Assembly: GCF_001194135.2 (NCBI RefSeq)
Contig: NC_068998.1
Coordinates: 34,183,741 to 34,247,740 of the forward strand
From: Octopus bimaculoides
Lineage: Eukaryota
Direction of reading: 5' to 3'
DNA length: 64,000 nt
The position numbers and the translations under genes were made by a program. Of this stretch, positions 51,500 to 63,252 are shown piece after piece. The notes beneath the pieces were generated by a model, which was not told the DNA's origin, made no database searches, and was given only the letters and a program-made list of their open reading frames with translations. Position 1 is the first letter of the stretch. Each line of letters starts with the position of its first letter.

Positions 51500-53500
51500 T
51501 GTGACATGCCTATTCTTATTGATTGACGGGCTTCACTGTCTTTTTTTGTCTAACACCAACAGGTAGCTATCTTTTCCTTTTAGAAATGTAACTACTGCAA
51601 GTCTAAGGTGGGTTATGTGTCCTGTAGCTATTGACATCAGTCTCAAATGTTTGAGAGACATACCCATACATAGCTTTTTGATGGCATATCAAAAAGTATT
51701 TCTCATGTTATTCCCTCCTGACTCAGACAATGCTGCTCACTTCAAATATCTGCTTGATTTATCTAATACTGATGCTATGTGATATTCTAAAGCTATCTGA
51801 ACAAATCATAAACCTTTTCCCGGTCTTTTCATCTGAGACAGAACATGCCAGAGTCACAGCTTCAATGGAAGCTACTAGTTTGAGCCAGGAGCTTGAAAAT
51901 TTTAATATCAAAGGAGCAGATCTATTCTATAGTTTAGTTATGTATCCCAAATATTGGTTCTAGTGCTGAAAGTGAAAATGCATTGGATTTTCAACTTGTG
52001 AGAGGATAGCTCCAACTGCCCTATTTTTAACAGCAAAATATTGTTTGATCACCCTATCCTTGTTCACAGTGCAATTTTGTGATGCATTTCTATCAATATC
52101 TAGAAATTTTGTAGCATTCATGCAAAATAGAAAAGGGAAAGAGAGACCATTTATGCATATCATGAACATATCCTCCAGGCAAATTCCATGCTTATATCAG
52201 TTGAAATTAAACCCAACTATTTCTCAGCATTGTAAATATTCCTTAGATTTTATCATCACCAACAAAGGAGTTAAGAGTTATTTTAGAGTTTCTTCTTGTT
52301 GTATATTCTAACACACAAGCACTGAATTTTTGTAAAGAAATCTATAGTGAAGCCAAAAGCATATTGAATCAAAAGATAACTGCCTCTTTGGAATGTTTCC
52401 TTCTATGGGTATCTTCAAATATACACAAGTGGCGTTTCAATAATTTGCACCAATATTTAACAATTAAGTCATTCCCTTGTGTCTTTTCATTGAGCAGCTC
52501 TTCCACAGCTTTTGTTAATGTTTCTGAATCAATAATGTATGCTTTATAGCTGATATTGATACAATATCTCTTACTGTTTAAATCCAGATGTTATTCATTA
52601 TAGCAGAAATGCTTCCTATTAGTCCAGATGTTAGATCAAAATTATTTAAAATCTTCCTTAGAAGGGGACTCTTTTTACAACTTGTTTTCTTTCAATCTTC
52701 AGTGTACAGTTTCTAGATTAGAGGTATGATTTTGGGCACTGGAGAACCATTGATATATTAACATTTAATTGCAAAGTGTTTCACACAAAGTAGGTATTTG
52801 AGACTATGCTCTAAAATTATTGATTTCGACCTTACAAATTTTAGAATAAAAAATCTGTACACCTTAATTATATTCTCCTTATAATGTAGTTAGTGTGTGA
52901 TCAACTTATTGCTTACCTTATATCCTATGATATGGTAATACCTAAATATTCAATTTGGCGGTGCAGATTTGTATCCCACTGAGTGATTTACATTATTTCA
53001 TTTTCCCACATATGCTACTTTAATGTTATAGCAGCTGTTTCGGACAGGTATTGATTGTCCAGTATATGTTATCATATGTTTTCATTTTATCATTAACAAT
53101 GTGGTCGATAACTTTTAACAAGAGAGCAGTTGATTCCTTTCCAACAGTCATCTCTTTGGATTGATTTATGCAGAAGTACATGTACCATGTGATGGTGAGG
53201 AATTTAGCATTTGGCTTTCATTTTATGGTTCTCTTCTACTGCAGATTTTTGCTGGATTTGGGTGTCTTTAGAAAATCAGCTGGTATTACAGATGTTGGAA
53301 TAACAATTGCTTTCTGTCACAGATATTTTCCATTGAAACATGCCTCATATCGAAGTTGTTTAGTTGTAAAGTAGTTTAAGATTTGATGGATTTTTCCCCA
53401 CTAATACTTTAACTTTTCCATATGTCCAATAGGAAGATTTTGAAAGTTTTTCTTTTGGTACTTGAATAGATCTTGATTTAAATGTAAAGAACCAGTGAAA
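51500..53500 (-). pseudogene. Highly decayed I-group LINE (RT, RNase H, C-terminal region)
   Basis: Minus-strand remnants QKAIVIP, LCVKHFAIK (approx. LSVTLFAIKIN), AWNLP, KNRAVGA, EAVTLA...KRFMICSDS (RNase H SDS motif), GHITH; many stops. Confidence 0.5.
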
Positions 53501-53784
53501 AGGACTAATGTCTGTATTAATACCTTTATTAGCCTCAGTCATGACAATCAAAAGATATTCTATGTGATGAAATGAAAAGTAGTTTCACTATCGAAGTCTA
53601 AATAACAATCAGCTGTTTAGTCAAAGGTATTATGATATTTCTCATATATATATATAACCGAATAGATCAGGTACAGATCAAGTCTAACAAATCAAGTCAG
53701 TATAATTGTGATGGAAAATATTAAACCAAACAATATGAAGAAGTCTTTTACACTTATGCATCTGTTGCTGACAGCATCATATTA

Positions 53785-53934
53785 GATATGATTTGCTTCT
53801 CAACCACATAGTTCCTGGTTCAGTCCCACTGCATGGCACCTTGGGCAGCTATCTTCTACTATAGCCTCAGACCAACTAAAGCCTTGTGAGTGGATTTATT
53901 AAATGGAAACTAAATGAAGCCCTTTGTGTGTGTG

Positions 53935-53976
<42 letters not shown>

Positions 53977-54472
53977 TGTGTGTCTTCATATCTGTGCTTG
54001 ACCCCACCATTGCTTGACAACTGATGTTGGTGTATATACATGTCCATAACTTAGCAGTTCAGCAAAAGAGGCTGATAGAATAAGTACCAGGCCAAAAATA
54101 AAATAAGTACTGGGCTCAATTAAATAATAAAAATAAATGCGCCCTTTTAAAGCCTAGCCAGGCCCATGGGCCTGGTTTCCCGGTCTCTATGGCGTATGTG
54201 TTCCCCAGCTGGACGGGACGCCAGTCCATCACAGCGTTACTCATTTTTGCCAGCTGAGTGGACTGGAGCAATGTGAAATGAAGTGTTATGCTCAAGAACA
54301 CAACGTGTCGCCCGGTCCAGGAATTGAAACCACAATCTTACGATCATGATGCTGACACCCTAACCACGAAGCCACACGCCTCCACTCTGGGCTCAATTAG
54401 TTCAACTAAATTTCCTTAAGGCAGTGCCCTAGTATGACCACAGTCTAATCATTGAAACGAAAGATAAAAGAT
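53785..54472 (+). mobile_element. SINE family B copy interrupted by a family C SINE
   Basis: ttgcttctcaaccacat..ggttcagtccc head, TA/TG core, ttgcttgacaactgatgttggtg body; 3' part resumes after 54399 and ends gataaaagata. Confidence 0.85.
54123..54386 (-). mobile_element. Young tRNA-derived SINE family C with 13-bp TSD
   Basis: TSD ctgggctcaatta at 54110-54122 and 54387-54399; A-box-like tggcttcgtgg, B-box-like ggtttcaattcc; CpGs retained; tail atttatttttattatt. Confidence 0.92.
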
Positions 54473-54929
54473 ATGCATGTGCATGCATACAGGCATAATA
54501 TCCACACACACTTATGCACATGCACATACACATATCAATATGTGTATGTGTGTACATGTGTGTGTGGGGGGTGTTTTCATGTATATGTATGTAGGAACAG
54601 GTTTCACTGTGTATTAATAAGTTTTCTTTGCAACTACAATTTCCCAGGTTCTATCACACTGAGTTACTTTCATGTCATGTGGGTGAAATAGGGCAGAGAG
54701 GAAACTGTTGGCTGAAGTTCCTCTGTAATTTAAATGGCCAGCATTATTACACTGATATCTCATTGATTCTTCTTGAGAATTACATAAAAGGTACACATGA
54801 CTGTAGAATACTCAGCCACTTTAAACATTCATTCAATGTATTGACTGTTCACTTCACCAAAGCAACAGGATGCTCATTTGTTGAAATTAATGGAAAGACT
54901 CATCCACCACAACAGAATTGATACTGTTG

Positions 54930-55141
54930 CTGGTGCCACATGAAAATCACCGGTGCTGGTGCCACATAAAGACACCCATTACACTCTGTGAAGTGGTTGG
55001 CATTAGGAAAGGAATCCAACTATAGAAACCATGCTAGACCAGACAACAGAGCCTGGTGAGGGCCCTGACCTTACCAGCTCTGGTCAAACCATCCAACCCA
55101 TGTCACCATGGACAACAGACATTAGATGATGATGACGATGA
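54930..55141 (+). mobile_element. RTE 3' terminal fragment
   Basis: tggtgccacat x2, acactctgtgaagtggttggcattaggaaagg, ccatccaacccatg, gatgatgatgacgatg. Confidence 0.8.
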
Positions 55142-55159
55142 TATATCAAGTTCAGGTAT

Positions 55160-55580
55160 GGCTATATAGTATAAGCCCCAAGGAAAATCTAAGCTAAGAG
55201 CATTAGATTCCTTGGAAGAAAGCAACGAATTTATACAAAAACAAGGCTGGAAAAAAATGGAGAATGTTACACAAATACAAATAACAGGAGACGTATACAC
55301 ATATATATACATATATATATGTGTGTGTGTGTGTATATGTATATATATANNNNNNNNNNNNNNNNNNNNNNNNNNNNNNNNNNNNNNNNNNNNNNNNNNN
55401 NNNNNNNNNNTTATATTTTTTTCTCCTTGTTTCTCTCATTTCTTTCTGTGTTCATTTCAGTTGAAGGGCGTAGCTCGAAACGTCAAAGACTTTCTCTATT
55501 CCCGAGCGTTAAACTAATACATCCATTTGTTGTTTACACCACTTGTCTTCGTCTGTTGTTTTTTTCGTAAATTCTCCCAT
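55160..55580 (+). mobile_element. Probable Penelope-like element terminal region (gap/microsatellite in the middle) carrying a hammerhead-like motif
   Basis: CpG-rich segment 55455-55570 containing the hammerhead-like fold. The PLE assignment is inferred from the known PLE-hammerhead association, not from a coding match; the boundaries are approximate. Confidence 0.45.
55455..55487 (+). ncRNA. Minimal type-I hammerhead-ribozyme-like motif, non-canonical core
   Basis: UUU|CAGUUGAA|GGGC-gua-GCUC|GAA|ACGU|C|AAA: 3-bp stem I, 4-bp stem II, palindromic stem III, GUC triplet. Confidence 0.55.
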
Positions 55581-55623
55581 ATATATATGTATAGATAGCT
55601 AGTTAGATAGATAGATAGCTAGT

Positions 55624-55701
<78 letters not shown>

Positions 55702-56489
55702 CAGATACATGTATAAATCCTCATATATATTTAAATATTGGGTATGTTCCTAGTAGTATGCTGATAAAGCATGTTTACTGTTTATGGCTACCCAACGTCA
55801 TCCACAGTAATTACACAACTGTCACTGGATCTACCTCACAAATCCTGTATATGTTGAGCATAAAACAAATGATAGGCTCCCAAACTGACGATGCAATGCC
55901 TGCTTCACAGTAGGATGCATAAATACCTGGACAATTTAATGGCATCTACTTAACTGCTCATATAAGCCAGTGTGTGCGTGTACAAAGGATCCAAATGTAT
56001 GTGTGTATATGTGTGCAAAGGGCTGAAAGTGTGGATATGGAAGTCATTATGTCTGAGTGCCAACACACCTAATGTTTTACTAAATTGCATGCTTTATTCT
56101 CATTATTATTTTAATTTTTTTAATTTTTATTAATTATTGTCTGTATCTATCACTTTGCAACAGAATCTGTCCCTCATCATGCCTGTCCAACAGCCTTAGC
56201 CTATGGACACTGACAACATGCTGTATTAAATCTGAGTGAAACAGAGGTTATTTAATGAGATACTTCTTATTACATCACCTGGCAAGACACTTCTGCATCA
56301 AGGGATGCACCACAACTAGTTGTGTAGTTTCCCACCTGCAAGGGATCAATGCAGAATGTGTCAAAACAATTATTGTGAGCAATAAAGTTTCCTCTGTATT
56401 CCATTTCCCATCTCTATTGTTTGTTTTCTACATATATTTATATATGGCACTAGGAAAGACATCTAACAGTAGAAATCATATCAAAGCTG

Positions 56490-56590
56490 ATATTGGAACT
56501 TAATGCAGTTCTGTGGCCCATCAGATCCCATCACACTGTCCAACCCATCCTAGCATGGAAAACGGAAGTTAAATGATGATGATGATGATG
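56490..56590 (+). mobile_element. RTE 3' terminal fragment
   Basis: gtccaacccatcctagcatggaaaacggaagttaaatgatgatgat. Confidence 0.75.
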
Positions 56591-57089
56591 GTGTGTGTCT
56601 GTGTGAGTGTTTACTAGTGTGAATGTGCTGCCTTATGTTTTCTATGTGACTGTTTTCTAAGTAGTTGTCTTCCACTTTTAAGGTAATAAGATGTGTGATT
56701 TGAGGGTAATTTACTGATTACTTCAAGCTTGAATAGGCTTATGATGAAAGTCTTCCAAACATAGGCATTTGTTATATTTTATATAAAAAAATTACATTCT
56801 AGAGAAAATATCCTGCATTTTGAAGATAGTAAGATGAGTGTTGACGAGCTTCAGCTGCTATTATTTGGAGCTGGAGTTCCTTAGTAGATTTTGCCTTTTG
56901 AAATTATTGTTTGTTCAGCTTATCGTTCGGACTTGTGATAAGAGGTGTTCAAACCATGACCATTCTGTCTCTCTTGCATATCAGGAAACATACTGATCGA
57001 TATGTTCTTCCCTTTTTGAGACCATATGACTTGTGATCTGAGAGAAATTTGAATGACCTCTCAGGGATTTTCATGTTTTATAACATTTT

Positions 57090-57165
57090 TAGTTGTTGTC
57101 TAGTCTCAGGCCATCTTAGATAGAGGAGCAGATTTAAGAACAAAAGGTTCTTGTCATGCCCATTT
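57090..57165 (-). mobile_element. Family D repeat 3' fragment
   Basis: Reverse-complement homologue of 20340-20408. Confidence 0.45.
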
Positions 57166-58255
57166 CATCCCCTTTTCCAGACACAGTGAATAGTGCACCA
57201 AAAAGAACATTATTCATTGTATCCTTTTCAAAGAGGTAGGACACACACACACACACATGCACCTTGCCTTTTTTGCATCTTACTAATTGCATGGCTTCAA
57301 ATTATTAAATGGTCAACACATGTACAAGCATTTCTCACAAAAATATTATGTGTGGGTATTTTTGAAAACCTTTCCTACACGTTTTCAAGTTCAAATCAAG
57401 GCTGGAACTTCTTGGAATCACAAGACAAAAGTCCTTTCTTTGTAGCACTGTGACAATGCTTTTGGGTCAATGAAATAATGCACATACACTGTACAATTAT
57501 GTAAAAGTACAGATTTTCATTTAACACATGGCAAGAGAAAATTTACTGTCCATGTTTGCATTTTTCCTTTTCCTGTATATTTTAGTTGTTATCTGTATTT
57601 AATTTTTATTCTATTTGATTGTAACATTATGCTGAGATTTTGCTCACATCAATATATTTCTCAGTATCTCTCAATAACCATCTTCTTCACTCTCTTCTCT
57701 CTCTCTCTTTCTCTCACTCTCACTATTATCTCCTTGATTTTACCATTCCACAATGCTTTCCTGATTACTCATAATTCTAATTCTGCTGACTACACATGCT
57801 TCATTTTTTCAAATTGGATTTTCTACCTGCCTGCTATGCTCTCATTGTTCAAGTGCTAATGCCTAACAATCTATTATGTAGCATTGTGTGTATCTTAGAC
57901 ATTAGAGCTAATTATTTTGAGTCTGTTTCATTAGGATGACAGACTGCAACATTTGTTTAATCTCTGTTGTACCTAATTTTTCATATATTCTCATATATTA
58001 GTTTGTTATCCTGTCTTCTTGTCCCAATCATTTTGTAGCGCCCTGTTGTCACCTGGTAGCTCTTGTTATAATTGCTGCACATTGAAGTAAGCAATCTGTT
58101 AACTAATGTGCTGAAACTACCTTGGCTTTCACTCAACATCTGACAAGTAGAGATTGGCATCCTCATGCATATACTTCCTTGTCTTGTGCATTTATGTGTT
58201 GTCTGTGCTTAAACACACACACACACACACGCATACACGCACACACATACACACA

Positions 58256-58295
<40 letters not shown>

Positions 58296-58537
58296 GGGGG
58301 TGGTATTCAGGATTTTTTGGGGTGTGTTACCCAAAATTTTTTTTTAATTATAAAAAGGTTGGAATCACAATTCATAGCAAATGGACACATTCGTATGTAT
58401 TCTAACTTTGTTGACCATATGCATATGAAACAGTAATACTGTGAAATCGCTGGAAATGAAATAACAATATTATATTTGTAACGGCTAGGCTAGAAAGGGT
58501 GTTACCTGGGCAACTAGTGAAACACCCTGCATCCACC

Positions 58538-58574
<37 letters not shown>

Positions 58575-60056
58575 GCACTCATATTTGTGTGAGTGTATGT
58601 AATTGTATATGTTCATGTATGTCTACTATGTGCATGCTATGTGTGTGCATGCATGCGCAGCTGTTAATCAGAAAATTAGAGCATACAGGAATTGGATGTT
58701 GATTGTCAATTTAATCAAAATTCCCATATGTAGTTGGCTTGTTAAATTTAAATTGATCCATTCTCAATCCTCAACAATTTGAAAATATTAGAATATAATA
58801 TCTGAATATCAAATTCATATGAAAATGGATAGCATGATATGAAAAATAGAGAAGAGAGCATAGAATGTCATTTAGCACTGAACTGAAGCTCTTTTGGGCT
58901 TCAATGACTGCCTGAATACCTTGTGACAGAGGAAAAAAAAACAACCTGTGATACAGCTTAGGTGACTGGAAGCCTGTGTGTTTCTCATTGGCAATCTTCA
59001 GCTTTATTCAATTGCTGGGATCCTAGTTTGACACAGTACCTCATAGATCAAAATCGGAATCATGACAGATGTTGAGGTGATGTTGAGCAAACCTAGTGGT
59101 GAGTGTTCTGGTAGTGTGCACAAGTGTCAAATCCTTCTACATCTCCAAAGAGCATGACAGCTGATGGAAGCTTGAAATATTCAAAGACCTCTTAGTAGAC
59201 AACTGTATTAACTGAGACTCTGAGAAACACTGACATATGACATGCTATCCCAAACTGCACAGGCTGTGGGACTTGACATTGGTTGAGCTCCAAGCACTAT
59301 AGGGTTGCAGATTTTAGAAATTGGCTGAAGAGTTATGGAACCATATGTTTGTAGTGACACATAATATAAACGTATCGGAATACTGCATAACATTAATGGT
59401 CTCCATTTGAAAACCATAACTGCTAATTCAGATGAAAAATTACCTTGAGAATATCTGTTTAAATTAAATGGCTTTAATAGAATGAAAATTTCAATGTTCT
59501 AACTTAATGGACAGCAAATATCCAATTTTACTTACTATTTCTAATCTTTTGAGATAAATTTATATATATATACATTAGCGCTGATAAAAAAATCCTCACA
59601 AAAAGAACAAGAAAAAGATTAAAGAAATCAAAGGAAAGAGGAAAAAATATCATCTGTCCTAGAATATTGATACATGAACATATCAAGTACATAAATCTGT
59701 TTAGCAGAGAAAAATAGAAGTTGGGCTATTGAACTATACAAGGATAGCAAATATGTTTGTTTCTGTGAGTGGGAAGTTAATAATACATGTGCCTTTCCTA
59801 AGTGCATGCACATGAATGTATGTGTATATGCATGTGTGTATGCAAGTATGTGTGTGTATGTATGTATGTGTGTAGATGCATGTGTGTGTGTATGTATGTG
59901 CACGTGTATGTGTTTTTGTGCATATATTTATGTATATGTATAGTTATACATTTACGCATAAATATATTCATACAGATGAGTGTTTGTGTGTGTGGAGATC
60001 ATATTTTGATAAATTGTCCTCATAAAAAGTCACTTGCTAGATGTTAGCACACATTG

Positions 60057-60900
60057 AGGTGCAGATATTGGATGTGGTCATCATTTAGTAATAGGGACTA
60101 TTCAGTTAAAGCTGAAGAGTAAAGGAAAGAAATTTTGATGCAAAAGAGTTGAAAGATGATGGAATTAAAGATAAATTTGTAATTGAATGCCAAAATCGAT
60201 TTGCAAGGCTTCAAGATATAAATGGAGATGGAGATATCAATGGCTTAGAATAAGGTAATGGAATTATACCAGAATGCAGCCAAAGGTGTTCTGGGCAGAA
60301 GACAGATAAAAGGAAGTAAATGTATTTCAGATGAAACATGGGAAATTATTGAGGAATGAAAGGAACAAAAATGAATTGTTGAAATTTGGAAAGGGAATAA
60401 GAGGGACCTTAAAGTGGAAATAGCTAAATATCAGAATCTCCACATTGAGGTGAAAGGTGTTCAAGAAGTGATAAAATAAGGTTCTTGGAAGTGAAAGCTG
60501 ATGAAACAGATAAATTACCCAATGCAGGTGACAGTAGAGATGTCAGAAAAGCTTCTGAAAATATAAATGAGATCATGGGCAAAGCAATGAGATCAAAATG
60601 ATTGCTTGCTCTTTGCATTGATAGGAAACTAACAACATCTGATATAAACATTGAAGAAAGTTGGAAAGAGCTTTCAGTAGTGAATATGGTGTTTAATGGG
60701 AGAAATGTTATGGTAATTCTTGAACTAGAACTGAAAGTGGTTGTACATGAAATATTTGTTGAAGAAATAGTGGGAGCAATTAAAAAAAAAATCAGGAGTA
60801 TCTTGGATTAGATGGAACTGCGAGGAAAATGCTAAAAACAGATAAGCACATAACTGTACGAATTATATTGAAGCTGTTTCATTATTTGTGAAGATCAAGG
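60057..60900 (+). pseudogene. Degenerate RTE/BovB-like LINE: end of the apurinic endonuclease domain and linker
   Basis: GADIGCGHHLVIG (approx. GADIGSDHHLV), ECQNRFARLQD, NAAKGVLGRR...CISDETWEIIEE; a different family from the PHD-bearing RTE. Confidence 0.65.
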
Positions 60901-61431
60901 CAGTGATTTTTATTCAAAAAAGAAAGAAAGAACAGGAAGAAGAAGAAAACAATGACAATGATGACGATGACCTCAGAGTGTGGCAAATGAAGAGGTATAA
61001 CCTTGAGTGAATAGTATTGGGTATGTTCAATTTAGTTGTCCTTAATAGAACACAGATACTTGGCTGGGAACAATTCAGTGACAAAAAGGAAATTGGGATT
61101 AGACAGAGACTAAAACAGAAGCACAGACTAGACATAGATGGTAAGAATATGTGGAGAACCAAGTGCCTTTGGAGACAATAATCTAATGCAATATATGCTT
61201 GTGTGTATGTGTGTTTATGTTGTCCATATTAAGAGAGTGGGATTGAACTTGTGCAAATCCTTTCTCCACCATTAAAAAAAAACCATCATGCGCAGGCATC
61301 GCTTGAAAAAAGTAAAACTTATCACAAAAAAGGCTAGCTGCAGCCTTCACATGTGACAATACTCAAACATGAGTTTGTAGCCATCCTGCATGCATGTATG
61401 TATGTGTGCATGCATGTTTCTTCTCTTTCCC

Positions 61432-61495
61432 TTTTTAATTTTAGAGTAAACTTTGGCTACCTACTTGGTAGAAAGGTTGAGAAGGAAAGCATCTT
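61432..61495 (-). mobile_element. Extremely 5'-truncated 3' UTR copy of the RLE LINE at 29034, embedded in (TATG)n
   Basis: ttttaattttagagtaaactttggctacctacttggtagaaaggttgagaaggaaagcat aligns to 29045-29105 ttttaatttagaatattttaactggccgcctacttggtaacaatgctgtggaggaaagcat; TATG/CATG tracts on both sides. Confidence 0.7.
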
Positions 61496-61657
61496 CTATG
61501 TATATATGTATGTGTGTATGCATGTATGTGTATATGTATGTAGTCTGTATATATTCACACACACACACACATATTTGTGTGCATGTGTGTGTGAGCGTGA
61601 ATAGCCAAGGCTGTTTTGATCTGTGTGTGCATACACACACACATACATGCACACACA

Positions 61658-61705
<48 letters not shown>

Positions 61706-61934
61706 TATGTATAAGAATAAAAAGTTCTTGACATAATAATAATAATAATAATAATANNNNNNNNNNNNNNNNNNNNNNNNNNNNNNNNNNNNNNNNNNNN
61801 NNNNNNNNNNNNNNNNNNNNNNNNNNNNNNNNNNNNNNNNNNNNNNNNNNNNNNNNNNNNNNNNNNNNNNNNNNNNNNNNNNNNNNNNNNNNNNNNNNNN
61901 NNNNNNNNNNNNNNNNNNNNNNNNNNNNNNNNNN

Positions 61935-62118
61935 TCTGGAGGGAATATGTAAATAAAGAAGAAGAGTTCCATAATTAAATTTGCTGAACAATATTTCGGT
62001 ATCTCGTGTACCTTCAACGGGTTCGAAATTTGATATGTCAGTCTACTTCATTTTTTTTTTTTTTTTTAATAGATAATATAGGACTGCTATGACTCCTCTG
62101 GAGGGAATATGTAAATAA
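61935..62118 (-). mobile_element. 162-bp unit bounded by a 22-bp direct repeat, containing a hammerhead-like motif (retrozyme-like or PLE terminal repeat)
   Basis: tctggagggaatatgtaaataa at 61935-61956 and 62097-62118; adjacent gap 61757-61934. Confidence 0.55.
61986..62024 (-). ncRNA. Minimal type-I hammerhead-ribozyme-like motif, non-canonical core
   Basis: Minus strand GAAC|CCGUUGAA|GGUA-cacgaga-UACC|GAA|AUAU|U|GUUC: perfect 4-bp stem I, perfect 4-bp stem II, palindromic stem III, AUU triplet. Confidence 0.65.
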
Positions 62119-62133
62119 TAATAATAATATGTA

Positions 62134-62171
<38 letters not shown>

Positions 62172-62174
62172 TAA

Positions 62175-62380
62175 CCCTTTCTAATTTTGGCAGGCTATCA
62201 ATTTTGAGTGGGGAGATAAGTCAATTGGATTGACCCCATTACACAACTGCTACTTATTTTATCGACCCCCAAACGATGAATGGCAAAGTTGACCTTGGTA
62301 GAATTTGAACTCAAACTATGAAGATAGATGAAATACCCTTGAGCATTTTGCCCAGCATGCTAATGATTTTGCCATCTCAT
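62175..62380 (-). mobile_element. SINE family A copy between (AAT)n tracts
   Basis: ttttatcgacccccaaacgatgaatggcaaagttgaccttggtagaatttgaactc core; gagcattttgcccagcatgctaatg head. Confidence 0.82.
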
Positions 62381-62432
62381 GAATAATAATAATGATGATG
62401 ATGATGATGATGATGATAATAATTATAATAAT

Positions 62433-62978
62433 AGCAAATGCCCTGATGCAGTACCAAGCAGTGACTCCCATGGCTTCTGACCTTAACTGATTGAAAGTGC
62501 TATCATGTACATTGCTTTGTCTTGGTATAAAAGATGAGCTACACCAAATATACCACAGATTTGTTTCTCAGTTGCTTGACCATAACCAGTTGAGCATGTT
62601 TCTTAGTGGCTGATGATATGTGCATCTCTGATCATGAGTGAGCAAGAGTAGTGGGGGAGCATCATAGCCATGTGTTGAGAGGAATTTTATAGGATTTGAA
62701 TAATTGACTCTGGAAACATGGGTGTTTTGTTCGTCATCCTTAAACAAACCTTATTCAGGGGGCTTTTGAGTGGGATGGGCTACTCAACCAGAAGAAAATT
62801 CTAATTCTATAAGGTCATGTGCTAATTATATTGATATGAGATGACCATGTCGCAGACATATAGTTGTGATGTATGCGCCGGGTTTACCCCTATCAGATAG
62901 GTAATCATGATGGGTATACTGGGCTTCATATATTTGTACCCCAGTGTCACTTTGATTGCATGCATTGCTCTCTCACTC
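62433..62978. repeat. Unclassified ~550-bp GC-richer segment flanked by (AAT)n on both sides; probably an interspersed repeat
   Basis: Sharp compositional boundaries at both (AAT)n tracts; no convincing ORF and no second copy in the window. Confidence 0.4.
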
Positions 62979-63000
62979 AATAATAATAATAATAATAATG

Positions 63001-63047
<47 letters not shown>

Positions 63048-63048
<1 letters not shown>

Positions 63049-63209
63049 TACAGAAAATTGCACTACTGGGCACTGCACACATCCTACGCAAAACACTTTC
63101 AATACAGTAACTATAAGAGCATCACAGTAAACCACAGCACATACCCAAGGCACACAGAGCTCCGCTCGGTAGTGAAGTGAAAGCACGTTATAAAAATAAA
63201 ACTACTGAA
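63048..63209 (+). mobile_element. R4/Dong-like LINE extreme 3' end inserted in (TAA)n
   Basis: IQKIALLGTAHILRKTLSIQ* (stop 63108-63110) matches the QK..LLGTA.ILRK.L C-terminus typical of R4-clade ORFs; (AAT)n at 62979-63047 and 63210-63252. Confidence 0.78.
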
Positions 63210-63252
63210 CAACAACAATAATAATAATAATGACTACAACAATAATAATAAT

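Noticed and set aside
51584-51607. Possible 24-nt microexon (cttttccttttag|AAATGTAACTACTGCAAGTCTAAG|gtgggt, KCNYCKSK)
   Set aside because: The splice signals look good, but it lies antisense within the decayed I-group LINE and no partner exons were found; it needs RNA-seq junction reads.
58950-59450. Possible RTE RT trace (FDTVPH; AQAVGLDI)
   Set aside because: Only two short motifs, and the frames are not consistent enough to call.
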